From NCBI GenBank assembly GCA_013203315.1, contig JABMQJ010000026.1:41006-105005 (forward strand): a stretch of 64,000 bases of DNA, in the 5' to 3' direction. The notes under the pieces were generated by a model. The model made no database searches, had not been told where the DNA came from, and saw only the letters and a program-made list of their open reading frames with translations. The number at the start of each line of letters is the position of its first letter. The stretch's first letter is position 1. Position numbers and translations under genes: made by a program. Origin of the DNA: Candidatus Omnitrophota bacterium. Lineage in GTDB: Bacteria > Omnitrophota > Gorgyraeia > JABMRN01 > RBG-13-46-9. Positions 1-10,095 of this stretch are shown here, piece after piece.

Positions 1-113
1 GTAGCGTACAGGAACTTTTGGGGCACAAGAACCTTTCGACCACGCAGATCTATACGCACGTAACGATGGAGCGCCTTAAATCAGTGTACGATAAGGCGCA
101 TCCCCGGGCATAA
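1..113 (+). CDS. tyrosine site-specific recombinase, XerC/XerD family, C-terminal fragment (5' end outside window)
   Basis: Reading from position 3 gives [36 protein letters not shown] followed by TAA at 111-113. [15 protein letters not shown] is the conserved C-terminal box carrying the catalytic Tyr of XerC/XerD-type integrases. Confidence 0.75.
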   Translation, partial: SVQELLGHKNLSTTQIYTHVTMERLKSVYDKAHPRA

Positions 114-125
114 CGGACAGGACGC

Positions 126-1391
126 ATGACCATATACGATATATCTTTCTTCATGTTTTCCATAATATACCTGCCGTACCTTGTCGTAAAAGGCAAGGCG
201 CATAAAGATTTTATGCAAAGATTCGGCAAATTATCCCCGGATTTTAAAAGGACGAGTTTACTGAAACCTGTGTGGATACACGCTGTAAGCGTAGGCGAAG
301 TCCTGGCTGTTAAAAATTTCGTGGAGAATTTTCAAAAAAGATTTCCGAAACAAAAAATAATTCTTTCCACAACCACAAGAACGGGAAACGCTGTAGCCGG
401 AAAAGTATTGAATAGGGATGTTTTAAAATTCTATTTTCCACTGGATTTTAGTTTCGTTGTTAAGCGGGTGGTGGATTTCATTAACCCGTCTATTTTGATT
501 ATTATGGAAACCGAGATTTGGCCGAATCTCATTTTGGAGCTATCCAAAAGAAGGCTTCCCATCGTTCTGATAAACGGAAGGATTTCAGATAAGTCGTTTA
601 AGGGGTATCGAAAAATAAAATTTTTCTTCGGAAAAATACTCAAAAAAATAAATTTATTTTGCATGCAAACAACCGAAAGCGCCGAAAGAATAAAAGCCCT
701 GGGCGCGGCCCCATCAGGCGTCAGGACAACGGGAAATATGAAGTTTGACGTACGCGAGCTTTCACAGCAGGAGAAACTCATGCCAAATCTTGAATTATCC
801 GGCAAGCTTATTATTGCCGGTAGCACGCATGCAGGTGAGGAAGAAATCGTATTAGAGGTATATAAAGAGCTTTTAGAAGCTTCAGACAGCCTCCAGCTTC
901 TCATAGCGCCGCGGCACATAGATAGAGCCGAAGCAATAAAGAAAAAGCTGGAACAATATGGATTCGAGGGTATATTAATGTCGCAGATTGAAAAGGGCGC
1001 ACGCAAGGCTCTTTCAAAAAAAACAATTCTTATTCTGGATACGCTCGGGGAATTAAAACATCTTTATAGCCTGGCAACGATTGTTTTTATGGGGGGAAGC
1101 CTCATAAAAAGAGGCGGGCATAATATAATAGAACCGGCAATATCGGGAAAACCCATCGTGTTCGGGCCTTACATGTTTAATTTTAAGGATATGGCAAGAT
1201 CTTTTCTTGAAAATAACGCTGCCTTAGAAGTTAAAAATAAAAGGGCGTTAAAAGAAACATTGCAATTATTACTAAAAGACGAGAATAGGAGAATCGCGTT
1301 AGGACGTAACGCGAAAGGTTTAATAGACAAAAGTAGGGGCGCTACGGAAAGAAACATAGATGAGGTTGCGCTCCTTTTAGAAAAACGATAA
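126..1391 (+). CDS. waaA: 3-deoxy-D-manno-octulosonic acid (Kdo) transferase
   Basis: 421 aa with an N-terminal membrane anchor. It has the WIHAVSVGE motif and the overall GT30 KdtA/WaaA architecture, and sits next to lpxK and lpxL-like genes. Confidence 0.85.
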   Translation: MTIYDISFFMFSIIYLPYLVVKGKAHKDFMQRFGKLSPDFKRTSLLKPVWIHAVSVGEVLAVKNFVENFQKRFPKQKIILSTTTRTGNAVAGKVLNRDVLKFYFPLDFSFVVKRVVDFINPSILIIMETEIWPNLILELSKRRLPIVLINGRISDKSFKGYRKIKFFFGKILKKINLFCMQTTESAERIKALGAAPSGVRTTGNMKFDVRELSQQEKLMPNLELSGKLIIAGSTHAGEEEIVLEVYKELLEASDSLQLLIAPRHIDRAEAIKKKLEQYGFEGILMSQIEKGARKALSKKTILILDTLGELKHLYSLATIVFMGGSLIKRGGHNIIEPAISGKPIVFGPYMFNFKDMARSFLENNAALEVKNKRALKETLQLLLKDENRRIALGRNAKGLIDKSRGATERNIDEVALLLEKR

Positions 1392-1412
1392 TTTTAGGAA
1401 GGCGGTTATTAT

Positions 1413-1874
1413 ATGAAGGTAAAAGATATAATGACGAAGGATGTTATAAAAATCAGCCCTTCAATCGGTATACGCGAGATCTACAATATTTTTCGCGAAA
1501 AAAATGTAGGCGGAGTACCGGTTGTAGATAACGATAACAAACTGCTTGGCCTCATCACGAAGACAGAGCTTCTTGATGTCCTGATTCCCGATTACTTCGG
1601 CATGGTGACCGATTTTCTTTTTATCGATGATTTCGGAGCACTTGAAGAAAAACTCGAATCCCTGCCGTCTTTAGAGCTTTTTATAGCCGAAGACCTTATG
1701 ATAAGCGGCCTTATCAGCATAAAAGAAAATGCCTCGTTAATGAAGGCGCCAGTTTTGATGAATAAATATAACATAAGAAGATTGCCCGTTGTGGACGCTG
1801 ACAATAGGCTCGTAGGCATTGTCACGAGAATGGATGTCTGCGACGCGTTATTCAACGGGAAGGGGCGGCACTAA
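1413..1874 (+). CDS. CBS-domain pair protein
   Basis: 153 aa. Two tandem CBS-like units are visible: DIMTKDVIKISP...GGVPVVDNDNKLLGLITKTELL and DLMISGLISIKE...RRLPVVDADNRLVGIVTRMDV. The stop overlaps the downstream permease start by 1 nt. Confidence 0.7.
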   Translation: MKVKDIMTKDVIKISPSIGIREIYNIFREKNVGGVPVVDNDNKLLGLITKTELLDVLIPDYFGMVTDFLFIDDFGALEEKLESLPSLELFIAEDLMISGLISIKENASLMKAPVLMNKYNIRRLPVVDADNRLVGIVTRMDVCDALFNGKGRH

Positions 1875-3145
1875 TGGCTAACTACATCGTTGCAATATCG
1901 ATATTTGCGGTTACTTTTTATTTTATTATTTCCGGAAAACTTGATAGAACCATCGCCAGCTTTGCAGGCGCCCTGGCCATGATCGGCGCCGGAATAACCC
2001 TTGGATTTTATTCGCAAGAAGAGGCGTTTCACGCGATAGATTTCAATATGATGGGCCTTCTCTTAGGAATGATGATTATCGTAAGCGTATGCAAAAAAAC
2101 AGGCTTTTTTTCATATGTAGCGATAAAAGCAGCTAAGGCATCCGGCGGCTCACCGCTTCGCCTTATGATAATGATGGGTTGTATCACAGCCTTTCTTTCG
2201 ATGGCCCTAGACAACGTAACGACGATAATTCTCGTTATCCCAATTACCATACTTATATGCGACATTCTCGGCATAAGCCCGCTTCCTATAATTATGTCCG
2301 AAATAATCCTCTCAAACATAGGCGGCACCGGTACCATGATCGGGGATCCGCCGAACATGATGATCGCCTCAAGCGCTAATTTTTCTTTTACGGATTTCTT
2401 AGTTCATCTTTTACCCATTACTCTTCTTGCTATGGTCATAAGCCTTGTTGCGCTTGCTTTCATATTCAGAAAACAAATGATACATCCGTCAGTAGACTTT
2501 AGCCCGATTTCACAGATAAACGAACGGGCCGCCATACGTGACGAAAAAAGTTTACGCAAAACAGTTTTTTCGCTTATTATCGTATTTGCGCTTTTCATAC
2601 TGCAGAAGCAATTACACCTTCACCATTCTTTCATAGCGCTTTTAGGCGCCGGCATTGTTCTCATTCTGGTACGGCCGAATATCGAAGAAATAATGAAGGA
2701 TATACACTGGCCGATACTGGCTTTCTTTGCGTCTTTGTTTGTCTTAATAGGCGGACTCGAGAAGACCGGCTTACTGAACTTAATAGCCGAACAGATAAGC
2801 AGGATAGCCAATGCAAATTATAATCTTGCAAAGATTTCGATTCTTTGGGTTTCGGCGTGTTTCGCCTCGCTCGTGGATCGCGTTCCTTTCACCACCGCGA
2901 TGATACCCATAATAAAACAAGTGGGTGTGCTCGGGTTTAACATTGATTCCCTGTGGTGGGTTCTTGCCCTAGGTGTCGGGTTCGGTGGAAGCGGAACTCC
3001 CATAGGCTCTGTTGTTGGCGTAGTGGGCTTGGCCATGAGCGAAAAAACAAGCACCCCGATAGATTTCAAGATATGGTTTAAAACGGCAACAGTTGTTACG
3101 GTGATTACGTTAATTCTTGTAACCCTTTTAATAGGGATCATATAG
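1874..3145 (+). CDS. ArsB/NhaD-superfamily anion permease (citrate/arsenite transporter-like)
   Basis: 423 aa, about 10-12 hydrophobic helices, Gly/Ile/Met-rich. The layout matches ArsB/NhaD permeases that are often co-encoded with CBS proteins. Family assignment comes from overall pattern only. Confidence 0.5.
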   Translation: MANYIVAISIFAVTFYFIISGKLDRTIASFAGALAMIGAGITLGFYSQEEAFHAIDFNMMGLLLGMMIIVSVCKKTGFFSYVAIKAAKASGGSPLRLMIMMGCITAFLSMALDNVTTIILVIPITILICDILGISPLPIIMSEIILSNIGGTGTMIGDPPNMMIASSANFSFTDFLVHLLPITLLAMVISLVALAFIFRKQMIHPSVDFSPISQINERAAIRDEKSLRKTVFSLIIVFALFILQKQLHLHHSFIALLGAGIVLILVRPNIEEIMKDIHWPILAFFASLFVLIGGLEKTGLLNLIAEQISRIANANYNLAKISILWVSACFASLVDRVPFTTAMIPIIKQVGVLGFNIDSLWWVLALGVGFGGSGTPIGSVVGVVGLAMSEKTSTPIDFKIWFKTATVVTVITLILVTLLIGII

Positions 3146-4225
3146 ATGCCTTTTTTAAGAGAGTACATACAGGATTTAATGAATGACAGAAAAAGCGATC
3201 CATTGTCGCAGGGCATAAAGCTTTGCCTTTTGGTTTTTTCTTATGCTTACACTATCCTAATAGCCTGCCATCATTTTTTTTATAAAATTAACTTATTGAA
3301 AAGTTATAAAGCGCCTATTGCCGTCTTAAGCGTCGGCAACATAACTTTGGGCGGTACGGGAAAAACCCCTTTTACGATAATGCTCGCCGAGCGCTTGGCA
3401 AGCAAAAACAAAAAGCCCGCCATTCTCATAAGAGGCTACGGCGAAGACGAATGGATAATGACGCAGAATAGGCTGGAAAAAATGGGCATAAAAGTTTTTG
3501 TGGGAAGAGACAGGGTGAAATTTGCCCAAGAAGCGCTTGGGCAGGGCGCGGATACCGTGATTCTCGATGACGGTTTTCAGCACCGCCGTCTCAAAAGGGA
3601 TTTGGATATAGTGCTTATTGATTCCACGAATCCTTTCGGAAACGGATTTCTTTTTCCGCGAGGTATTTTAAGAGAGCCCCCAGGTAGCTTAAAAAGGGCC
3701 GACATCATTGTTTTAACCAAAACTGATAAGGGTTGTTCCGGGATTTTGGCAACAGAAGAGAAAATAAAAAAAATAGCACCGGATAAAAATATCGTAAAAG
3801 CCGAGCATAAACCGCAAAATCTTTGCGACATGAAAACCGGTAGTCCTACCGAAATATCTTACATAAACGGAAAGACGGTATGTGTTGTTTCCGCGATCTG
3901 TGACTCATCCTATTTTAAACACACGGTTCAGGGAACGGGGGCCAAGGTCGGGCTCGAATTTGTTTTTTCAGATCATTACGCGTATATAAAAGGCGACTTA
4001 GATCATATCTTTGAAGAATGCAAAAAAAAGGAAATAAATATAATCGTTACTACGGAAAAAGACGCTGTTAAGCTTAAAAAAATAATGTTGACGGAGAAAA
4101 ATATTCAGAAGGCTTTTCCGGACACGCTTGTATTGGGTATAGAACTTAAGATTGTGCAGGGCGAAAAAGAATTAAATGAAAAAATTGATCGATTATATAT
4201 GCGCACTTCTAGTAAGGGCGCTTAA
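3146..4225 (+). CDS. lpxK: tetraacyldisaccharide 4'-kinase
   Basis: 359 aa. The N-terminal membrane segment is followed by the LpxK P-loop VLSVGNITLGGTGKTP. It is located between waaA and an lpxL-like gene. Confidence 0.8.
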   Translation: MPFLREYIQDLMNDRKSDPLSQGIKLCLLVFSYAYTILIACHHFFYKINLLKSYKAPIAVLSVGNITLGGTGKTPFTIMLAERLASKNKKPAILIRGYGEDEWIMTQNRLEKMGIKVFVGRDRVKFAQEALGQGADTVILDDGFQHRRLKRDLDIVLIDSTNPFGNGFLFPRGILREPPGSLKRADIIVLTKTDKGCSGILATEEKIKKIAPDKNIVKAEHKPQNLCDMKTGSPTEISYINGKTVCVVSAICDSSYFKHTVQGTGAKVGLEFVFSDHYAYIKGDLDHIFEECKKKEINIIVTTEKDAVKLKKIMLTEKNIQKAFPDTLVLGIELKIVQGEKELNEKIDRLYMRTSSKGA

Positions 4226-6119
4226 TTTAATATTCCATTTACTCCCTATAAGCTTCACGTTGTGGTTAGGCGGACGGCTGGGATTAATCGCGTGCTTTTT
4301 TAATAATGAAAGAAGGATCATAGCCTATGCTAACCTGCGAGCCGCTTACTCTCGTGAGAAAACCCCGCGCGAACTAAAAAAACTCACCGAAAGGGTCTAC
4401 AGAAATATAGGCCAGATTTTTTTTGAAATACTGTCACTCACGAAAGTAAATAAAAAATATATAGATAAATATATTGACGTCGTTAATGCGGAGGATAAAT
4501 ATAAATTAACCGATCACCCAAACGGCGTAATACTTTTAACCGCGCATTTCGGAAACTGGGAGTTATCCGGAATGACAAGTGCCATTAAAGGTTTTCCGCT
4601 GGTCGTCTTGGCCAGGGAGCAAAGTATGAAAAAGCTAAACGGACTCCTAAATAGGCTTCGGGAATCAAAGGGCTTGCAGGTTGTTACAAAAGGCATTACA
4701 ACCAGATACATAGTAAAAGCACTCCATCAAGGTAAGACAATCGGCATGGTCGGTGACCAGGACGCGGGAAAAACCGGAACACTCGTAGAATTTTTCGGAA
4801 GGCCGGCTTCCACAGCACCGGGGTCAGCCAGAATCGCCCAGAAAACAGGAGCCTACATAATACCTGCTTTTATGGCCAGGGTCAAAGGGCCTTACCATAA
4901 GGCGATACTCGAAGAAGCGATAAAAATCGAAAAAAAAGAAGATATAACGCCCTATTTGGCAAAATACAATAAGTTGCTTGAGAAATATGTGAGGAAACAT
5001 CCCGAACAGTACCTGTGGCTTCATAAAAGATGGAAATCTTCGCCGCTTAAAAGAGTCGTTATCTTAAGTGACGGAAAAGCAGGACATCTTAATCAGGCAA
5101 AAGCGCTTTGTAAGCAACTGATAAGATACAGGAAGGATTCGGGCTATGATGTTCCGGACACCGTGGTAAAAATTGCGGAAATAAAATACAAAAATAAATT
5201 TGCAAAAATGCTACTTAACTTATGTAGCCTCTTCTCTACGCATAGATGCCAGGGCTGCATGTCTTGCATGAGACACTGCCTTACAAGCGAGTCGTATGAG
5301 AATTTAATGAAACTTCACGCCGATATAATTATAAGCTGCGGTTCAGGCGTTGCGGGCGTAAACAGATTTTTCTCCGTAGAAAATAACGCGAAGAGTGCTT
5401 GCGTGATGAAGCCCTCCATCTTAAGGCTAAATAAGTTTGACATGGTGGTCCTGCCCCAGCATGATCGCGTAAACGGCAAAGAGGGTAGCATAATCGTGAC
5501 GGACACAGTGCCGAATCTGATAGACGAAGAATACATGGAGAAATGCTCTCGGAAAGTTAGCGAAACTGTGAAATTGGACGCTCCTGTAAAAATCGGAATT
5601 CTCCTCGGCGGCAACAATTCGGATTTTGAATTAACAGAAGAAATAACGGAAAGCCTTTTAAATAATGTCATAAATGCCTCGCGAAAACTAGACGCCGACA
5701 TCCTTTTGACAACTTCTCGCAGAACCCCAAGAAATATAGAAGAAGTAGTAAAACATAGATTGCATTCCGAAAAACGCTGTAAATTTCTGGTGATAGCCAA
5801 CGAAAAAAATACCCCAGAAGCTGTGGGCGGAATTTTAGGGCTTTCCGATATAGTAGTTGTATCAGGCGAAAGCGTTTCCATGGTTTCAGAGGCTGTTTCC
5901 AGCGGAAAGGCAGTAGTTGTATTTAATTTAAAAAACAAAAAGAGAAAAAACGGAAAATTCGACAGAATGCTCCGCCGCCTTGAAAAAAAAGGGCATATAA
6001 CCACGACAAGCGTTCGTGGGCTTTCCGATGCGATATATGGGGGCTTACGCGATTCAGAGCCAAAACCTCTCCTGCGCGACCAATATAACGTGTACAAGTA
6101 TATGTGGCGACTACTATGA
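4176..6119 (+). CDS. lipid A acyltransferase (LpxL/HtrB family) fused to a C-terminal ELM1/DUF1022-like domain
   Basis: 647 aa. The N-terminal third has the LpxL-type membrane anchor and the HFGNWEL motif of Kdo2-lipid IVA lauroyl/myristoyl acyltransferases. The C-terminal ~350 aa starts RVVILSDGKAGHLNQAKAL, resembling ELM1/DUF1022 N-termini. It overlaps lpxK by 50 nt. Confidence 0.6.
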   Translation: MKKLIDYICALLVRALNLIFHLLPISFTLWLGGRLGLIACFFNNERRIIAYANLRAAYSREKTPRELKKLTERVYRNIGQIFFEILSLTKVNKKYIDKYIDVVNAEDKYKLTDHPNGVILLTAHFGNWELSGMTSAIKGFPLVVLAREQSMKKLNGLLNRLRESKGLQVVTKGITTRYIVKALHQGKTIGMVGDQDAGKTGTLVEFFGRPASTAPGSARIAQKTGAYIIPAFMARVKGPYHKAILEEAIKIEKKEDITPYLAKYNKLLEKYVRKHPEQYLWLHKRWKSSPLKRVVILSDGKAGHLNQAKALCKQLIRYRKDSGYDVPDTVVKIAEIKYKNKFAKMLLNLCSLFSTHRCQGCMSCMRHCLTSESYENLMKLHADIIISCGSGVAGVNRFFSVENNAKSACVMKPSILRLNKFDMVVLPQHDRVNGKEGSIIVTDTVPNLIDEEYMEKCSRKVSETVKLDAPVKIGILLGGNNSDFELTEEITESLLNNVINASRKLDADILLTTSRRTPRNIEEVVKHRLHSEKRCKFLVIANEKNTPEAVGGILGLSDIVVVSGESVSMVSEAVSSGKAVVVFNLKNKKRKNGKFDRMLRRLEKKGHITTTSVRGLSDAIYGGLRDSEPKPLLRDQYNVYKYMWRLL

Positions 6120-8209
6120 ACATACTACAAACTGTTACTAGATTAGACGCGAGTGATAGTGCAGACGATGTAATCCAGACCACAAGGTTTTTTACGCTAA
6201 ACGGCCATAAGGCCGTTGTGGTTTCGGAAAAAAGCGCGCGCACAAAAGAAATAGACGAAGTTGGTGCGCGGTATTACGCGCTATCCTTAAGGCCGAATAT
6301 ATTTTTAATGCCCCTCGCTATTTTTAAATTATCACAAATAATCACAAGAGAAAATATCGATATTGTGCACGCAAGAGACGCCTCTTCTTCATTTGCGGCA
6401 CTTTTTGCTTCTAGATTTACCGAACGCCCGTTCATAACAACGGTATACGAACATCACAAAAAAAGCCTTTTTGAAAAATCGCAATTTTGGGCAAAACGCG
6501 TAATTTGTTCCAGTGAAAGCGATGCGCGTAATCTCGTAAAGCGCGGTTTTCTTTCGGAGAACAAGGTACGCGTTATACCGCCTTTCATAAAATTGAAGGT
6601 AACTGATTCGGCGCCTCTGGCCAAGAAAGACGGAAGCTTCGTTATAGGAGCGGCAGTCCCTCTATTTTCCCTGGAAGCAAGGCAAAATTTTATAAGAGCT
6701 ATTTCGATATTATCCCGCACAATTAGCAAGTTAAAAGTTTTTATTACTGATAGTAGCCCCCGCCGCGAAAAGGATGCCGCCCAAAAACTAAAACTTTTAA
6801 TAAAAAGACATTCGCTTGCGAATCTCGTTACGCTTTTGCCGCAAGGCGAGGACATAATGCCGATCTTGGGCATAGATCTCTTTGTTCAGATTAATGTGGA
6901 CAAAAATCCTTCCGCAAAACGCCTTTTACTCGCGCAAGCCTACGGTATACCGATTATTACTACTTGCGCTGATTGGATAAGCGATTATGTCGAAGATAAA
7001 AAAACTGCTATTATATGCCAGTCGCCTGCGGCGCAAGAAATAGCTTCAGGAATAAACGATCTATATAAAAACAAGGAATTGCAAAGTCGGATAACAAGCG
7101 CGGCAAAAACACACTTAAAGGAAAATTTTAAGGCCGAAAATATAATGGAATCCACTCTTGCCCTTTATGAAGACGCGCTTTCCGGCACTAATATGTTAAT
7201 TATAAAAATAGGCGCTCTCGGAGACTCTATATTGGCAACCCCGTCGGTAAGGGCTTTAAGAGAAAAATTTCAAAAAGCTACCATAAAACTTCTCACGGGA
7301 CTCGAGCAAAGAGAGGTTTTTATGAACTCACCTTACATCGACGAACTTATAGTTTGCGATTTTAAACGAAGAGATAAAGGTGTAAGGGGCCTTTTGCGTG
7401 TCGGCAAAAAATTGCGGACCGCAAACTTTGACATAGTCGTCGACTTGCAAAATAACAAAAAAAGCCATCTCTTATCCTTTTTATCATATGCACCCAGGAG
7501 ATTCGGTTATGATAACGGTAAGCTCGGCTTCTTATTAAATAGAAAGATTAAGGACACGAAAATCCCCACCGGCCCAATAGAACACCAGTCGAAAGTTTTA
7601 GGCCTTTTGGGAATACACAATATGGACAAGCGTATTGAATTATGGCCCGCAAAAGAAGATAGAATATGGGCGGATAATTTCCTATCATCGCATTGGGTAA
7701 AGGGTAGCACGAAACTCATCGCACTTAATATCGATTCCAGCCCTAAATGGGTTACCAAGCTGTGGCCCATAGAGTATTTCACGGAAGTATTTAACAAGCT
7801 TGCGAAGAATTTCGGTATCCGTGCCGTATTAATCGGCCGGGAAAGAAACACCCCCAGAATAGAAGAGTTTTTGAAACACGCCAAATGCAAACCTATTGTA
7901 GCCCTGGGAAAGACCAATATATCGCGCCTGGCATCTTTAGTCAAAAAATGCGACCTTTTATTGAGCCCTGACAGCGCACCGATACATGTGGCATGCGCCA
8001 TGGGTACGCCTTTTATCGCGCTTTTCGGCCCGACGGACCCTAAGCGGCATCTGGCATCATCAAAAAACGCCGTAGTTTTCAACAAGAACTTAAAATGCAG
8101 CCCCTGTTATCGCGCGCGCTGTAATCAAGGATATGCGTGCATGCTATCTATCAAACCCGAAGAAGTATATGAAGCGATCTTGAAGCTATTAGGCATTAAG
8201 AAGAGGTAA
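6104..8209 (+). CDS. two-domain glycosyltransferase: N-terminal GT-B (GT1/GT4-like) + C-terminal GT9 heptosyltransferase domain
   Basis: 701 aa. Residues ~1-350 look GT-B-like. Residues ~365-701 start MLIIKIGALGDSILATPSVRAL, which is the GT9 (RfaF/RfaC) N-terminus, and end with a GPxxxxxHLA-type C-terminal half. Confidence 0.6.
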   Translation: MATTMNILQTVTRLDASDSADDVIQTTRFFTLNGHKAVVVSEKSARTKEIDEVGARYYALSLRPNIFLMPLAIFKLSQIITRENIDIVHARDASSSFAALFASRFTERPFITTVYEHHKKSLFEKSQFWAKRVICSSESDARNLVKRGFLSENKVRVIPPFIKLKVTDSAPLAKKDGSFVIGAAVPLFSLEARQNFIRAISILSRTISKLKVFITDSSPRREKDAAQKLKLLIKRHSLANLVTLLPQGEDIMPILGIDLFVQINVDKNPSAKRLLLAQAYGIPIITTCADWISDYVEDKKTAIICQSPAAQEIASGINDLYKNKELQSRITSAAKTHLKENFKAENIMESTLALYEDALSGTNMLIIKIGALGDSILATPSVRALREKFQKATIKLLTGLEQREVFMNSPYIDELIVCDFKRRDKGVRGLLRVGKKLRTANFDIVVDLQNNKKSHLLSFLSYAPRRFGYDNGKLGFLLNRKIKDTKIPTGPIEHQSKVLGLLGIHNMDKRIELWPAKEDRIWADNFLSSHWVKGSTKLIALNIDSSPKWVTKLWPIEYFTEVFNKLAKNFGIRAVLIGRERNTPRIEEFLKHAKCKPIVALGKTNISRLASLVKKCDLLLSPDSAPIHVACAMGTPFIALFGPTDPKRHLASSKNAVVFNKNLKCSPCYRARCNQGYACMLSIKPEEVYEAILKLLGIKKR

Positions 8210-8210
8210 T

Positions 8211-9311
8211 GTGAAAATACTAATTTTAACCACACACTTAAACATAGGCGGGGTTGCCAGTTACACCGTTAACCTGGCAAAGGGGCTAAAAAAAAGAAAC
8301 ATACCGGTCTGGGTTGCTTCAAACGGAGGAGACCTGGAGAAGGTGCTGGGAGAGCACGATATTCCCCATCTTAAGGTAAGCGTGAAAACAAAATGTGAAT
8401 TTCATCCCAAACTATGCTTTGCATTTTTTAAACTACTTAAATTCGTAAGAGAAAATAAAATCGATATCATTCATGCTCAGACAAGAACTGCACAGATAGT
8501 GGCGTATGCGCTTTCGAAAGCTACCGGGGCCAAGTTTATCAGCACTTGTCACGGATTTTTCAAGAGCAAACGAATCTCAAGAAGGCTTTTTGGCGCTTGG
8601 GGTGATTCCGTCATTGCCATTAGTGACGCTGTCCGTGATCATTTGATAAAAGATTTTCGCATAAACCATGACAAGGTCTTCCTTATATATAGCGGCGTGG
8701 ACACGGAAGCGTTTTCTGCCGAGATAAGTAGTGATGAAGAAATGCGTTTAAAGCGCAATTTAGGATTTGCCAAATGCCCGGTGATCGGGTCTATTTCGAG
8801 GCTTTCGCCGGTCAAGGGTCTTAAATACCTGCTTTTTGCCATGAAGGACTTACTGAAAACTGTGCCGGAGGCGCAACTTCTTTTGGTCGGCGAAGGGCCT
8901 TCCAAGGTTTTCCTGACAGGACTTGCCAAAAAACTTGGCATTGAAAATAATGTATTTTTCGCCGAAAGCACCGTTCAAATACAGAGATTTTTGTCCATAA
9001 TGGATGTTTTTGTATTTTCTTCGCTAGAAGAAGGTCTGGGCCTTTCTCTTTTGGAGGCACTTGCCTCCGGAAAATCCTGCGTGGCCTCTGACGTGGGAGG
9101 TGTTTCGTCCATAATAGAAGACGGCGTAACGGGTATCCTTGTTCCCCCAAAAGACGCGCATGCGCTGAAAGAAGCGATAATCAAAGTCCTTAACGACGAA
9201 CACTTAAGGGTTTCGTTGGCGAGAAGGGGCAGGGATTTAGTTAATGAAAAATTTTCACTCGATAAAATGACAAAGGAAGTTATCAATGCGTATGATAAAA
9301 CCCGGAAATAA
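8211..9311 (+). CDS. glycosyltransferase family 4 (retaining GT-B)
   Basis: 366 aa with a GTG start. N-terminus is MKILILTTHLNIGGVASYTVNLAKGL. It has an EX7E-type motif (EEGLGLSLLEALASG) and the GILVPP box typical of GT4. Confidence 0.75.
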   Translation: MKILILTTHLNIGGVASYTVNLAKGLKKRNIPVWVASNGGDLEKVLGEHDIPHLKVSVKTKCEFHPKLCFAFFKLLKFVRENKIDIIHAQTRTAQIVAYALSKATGAKFISTCHGFFKSKRISRRLFGAWGDSVIAISDAVRDHLIKDFRINHDKVFLIYSGVDTEAFSAEISSDEEMRLKRNLGFAKCPVIGSISRLSPVKGLKYLLFAMKDLLKTVPEAQLLLVGEGPSKVFLTGLAKKLGIENNVFFAESTVQIQRFLSIMDVFVFSSLEEGLGLSLLEALASGKSCVASDVGGVSSIIEDGVTGILVPPKDAHALKEAIIKVLNDEHLRVSLARRGRDLVNEKFSLDKMTKEVINAYDKTRK

Positions 9312-10095
9312 GCTTTTTTTTATTCTCGCTATCACGGCAACTGTAATTTTCCTTTTAGCCGGAAAACTCTTCCTGAACGCTGTATACGTGCCGGTTATTA
9401 TTATGTATCACTCTGTAGGCCCGGAAAACATCGCGCCCGCCAATTACGGCGGGAAACTTAACGTGACTACCCGCACTTTTGAAAAACAGATGAAGTTTCT
9501 CTCCGACCACGATTATAACGTAATTCCCCTTGCCGAATTCGTAAAGCGCATAAAGAGAAATGAGCGCATTCCGCACAAAACTCTTACGATAACCTTTGAC
9601 GACGGCCTTAAAAATAACTTTACCAATGCCTACCCTGTTTTAAAAAAATACAATTTTCTGGCTACAATATTTATCGTAACCGATTTCATGGGGAAAAAGA
9701 ATTTTCTTACACCCGAAGACATGAAAATCATGCAAAAAAATAATATAACCATAGGAAGCCACACCATGGCGCATTCGTTCCTTCCCTGGATGGCTGATCG
9801 TGATGTCCAGAAAGAACTCGTCGAGTCAAAAAAAATATTAAAAAAAATAACGGGACAAAGAATCGATCTTTTTTCTTACCCCCTCGGTCGATTTAGCGAT
9901 AAGACCAAAGAAATAGTCAAAGACGCAGGGTATATAGGGGCCGTAGCGACAAGCCCGGGCAGGCCCAAGCCAAGCGACGATATTTACGCCCTTAAGAGAA
10001 TCCGGATATCAATGAGCTCTGATAACCTGGCTGTTTTCTGGATAGAGACAAGCGGCTATTATACCTTTATAAAAGAAGTAAGAGATGAAGACTGA
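9286..10095 (+). CDS. polysaccharide deacetylase (NodB-homology / CE4) with N-terminal TM anchor
   Basis: 269 aa. It has the TLTITFDDGLKNN (TFDDG) motif, the HTMAHSFL His motif and an N-terminal hydrophobic helix. Confidence 0.75.
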   Translation: MRMIKPGNKLFFILAITATVIFLLAGKLFLNAVYVPVIIMYHSVGPENIAPANYGGKLNVTTRTFEKQMKFLSDHDYNVIPLAEFVKRIKRNERIPHKTLTITFDDGLKNNFTNAYPVLKKYNFLATIFIVTDFMGKKNFLTPEDMKIMQKNNITIGSHTMAHSFLPWMADRDVQKELVESKKILKKITGQRIDLFSYPLGRFSDKTKEIVKDAGYIGAVATSPGRPKPSDDIYALKRIRISMSSDNLAVFWIETSGYYTFIKEVRDED

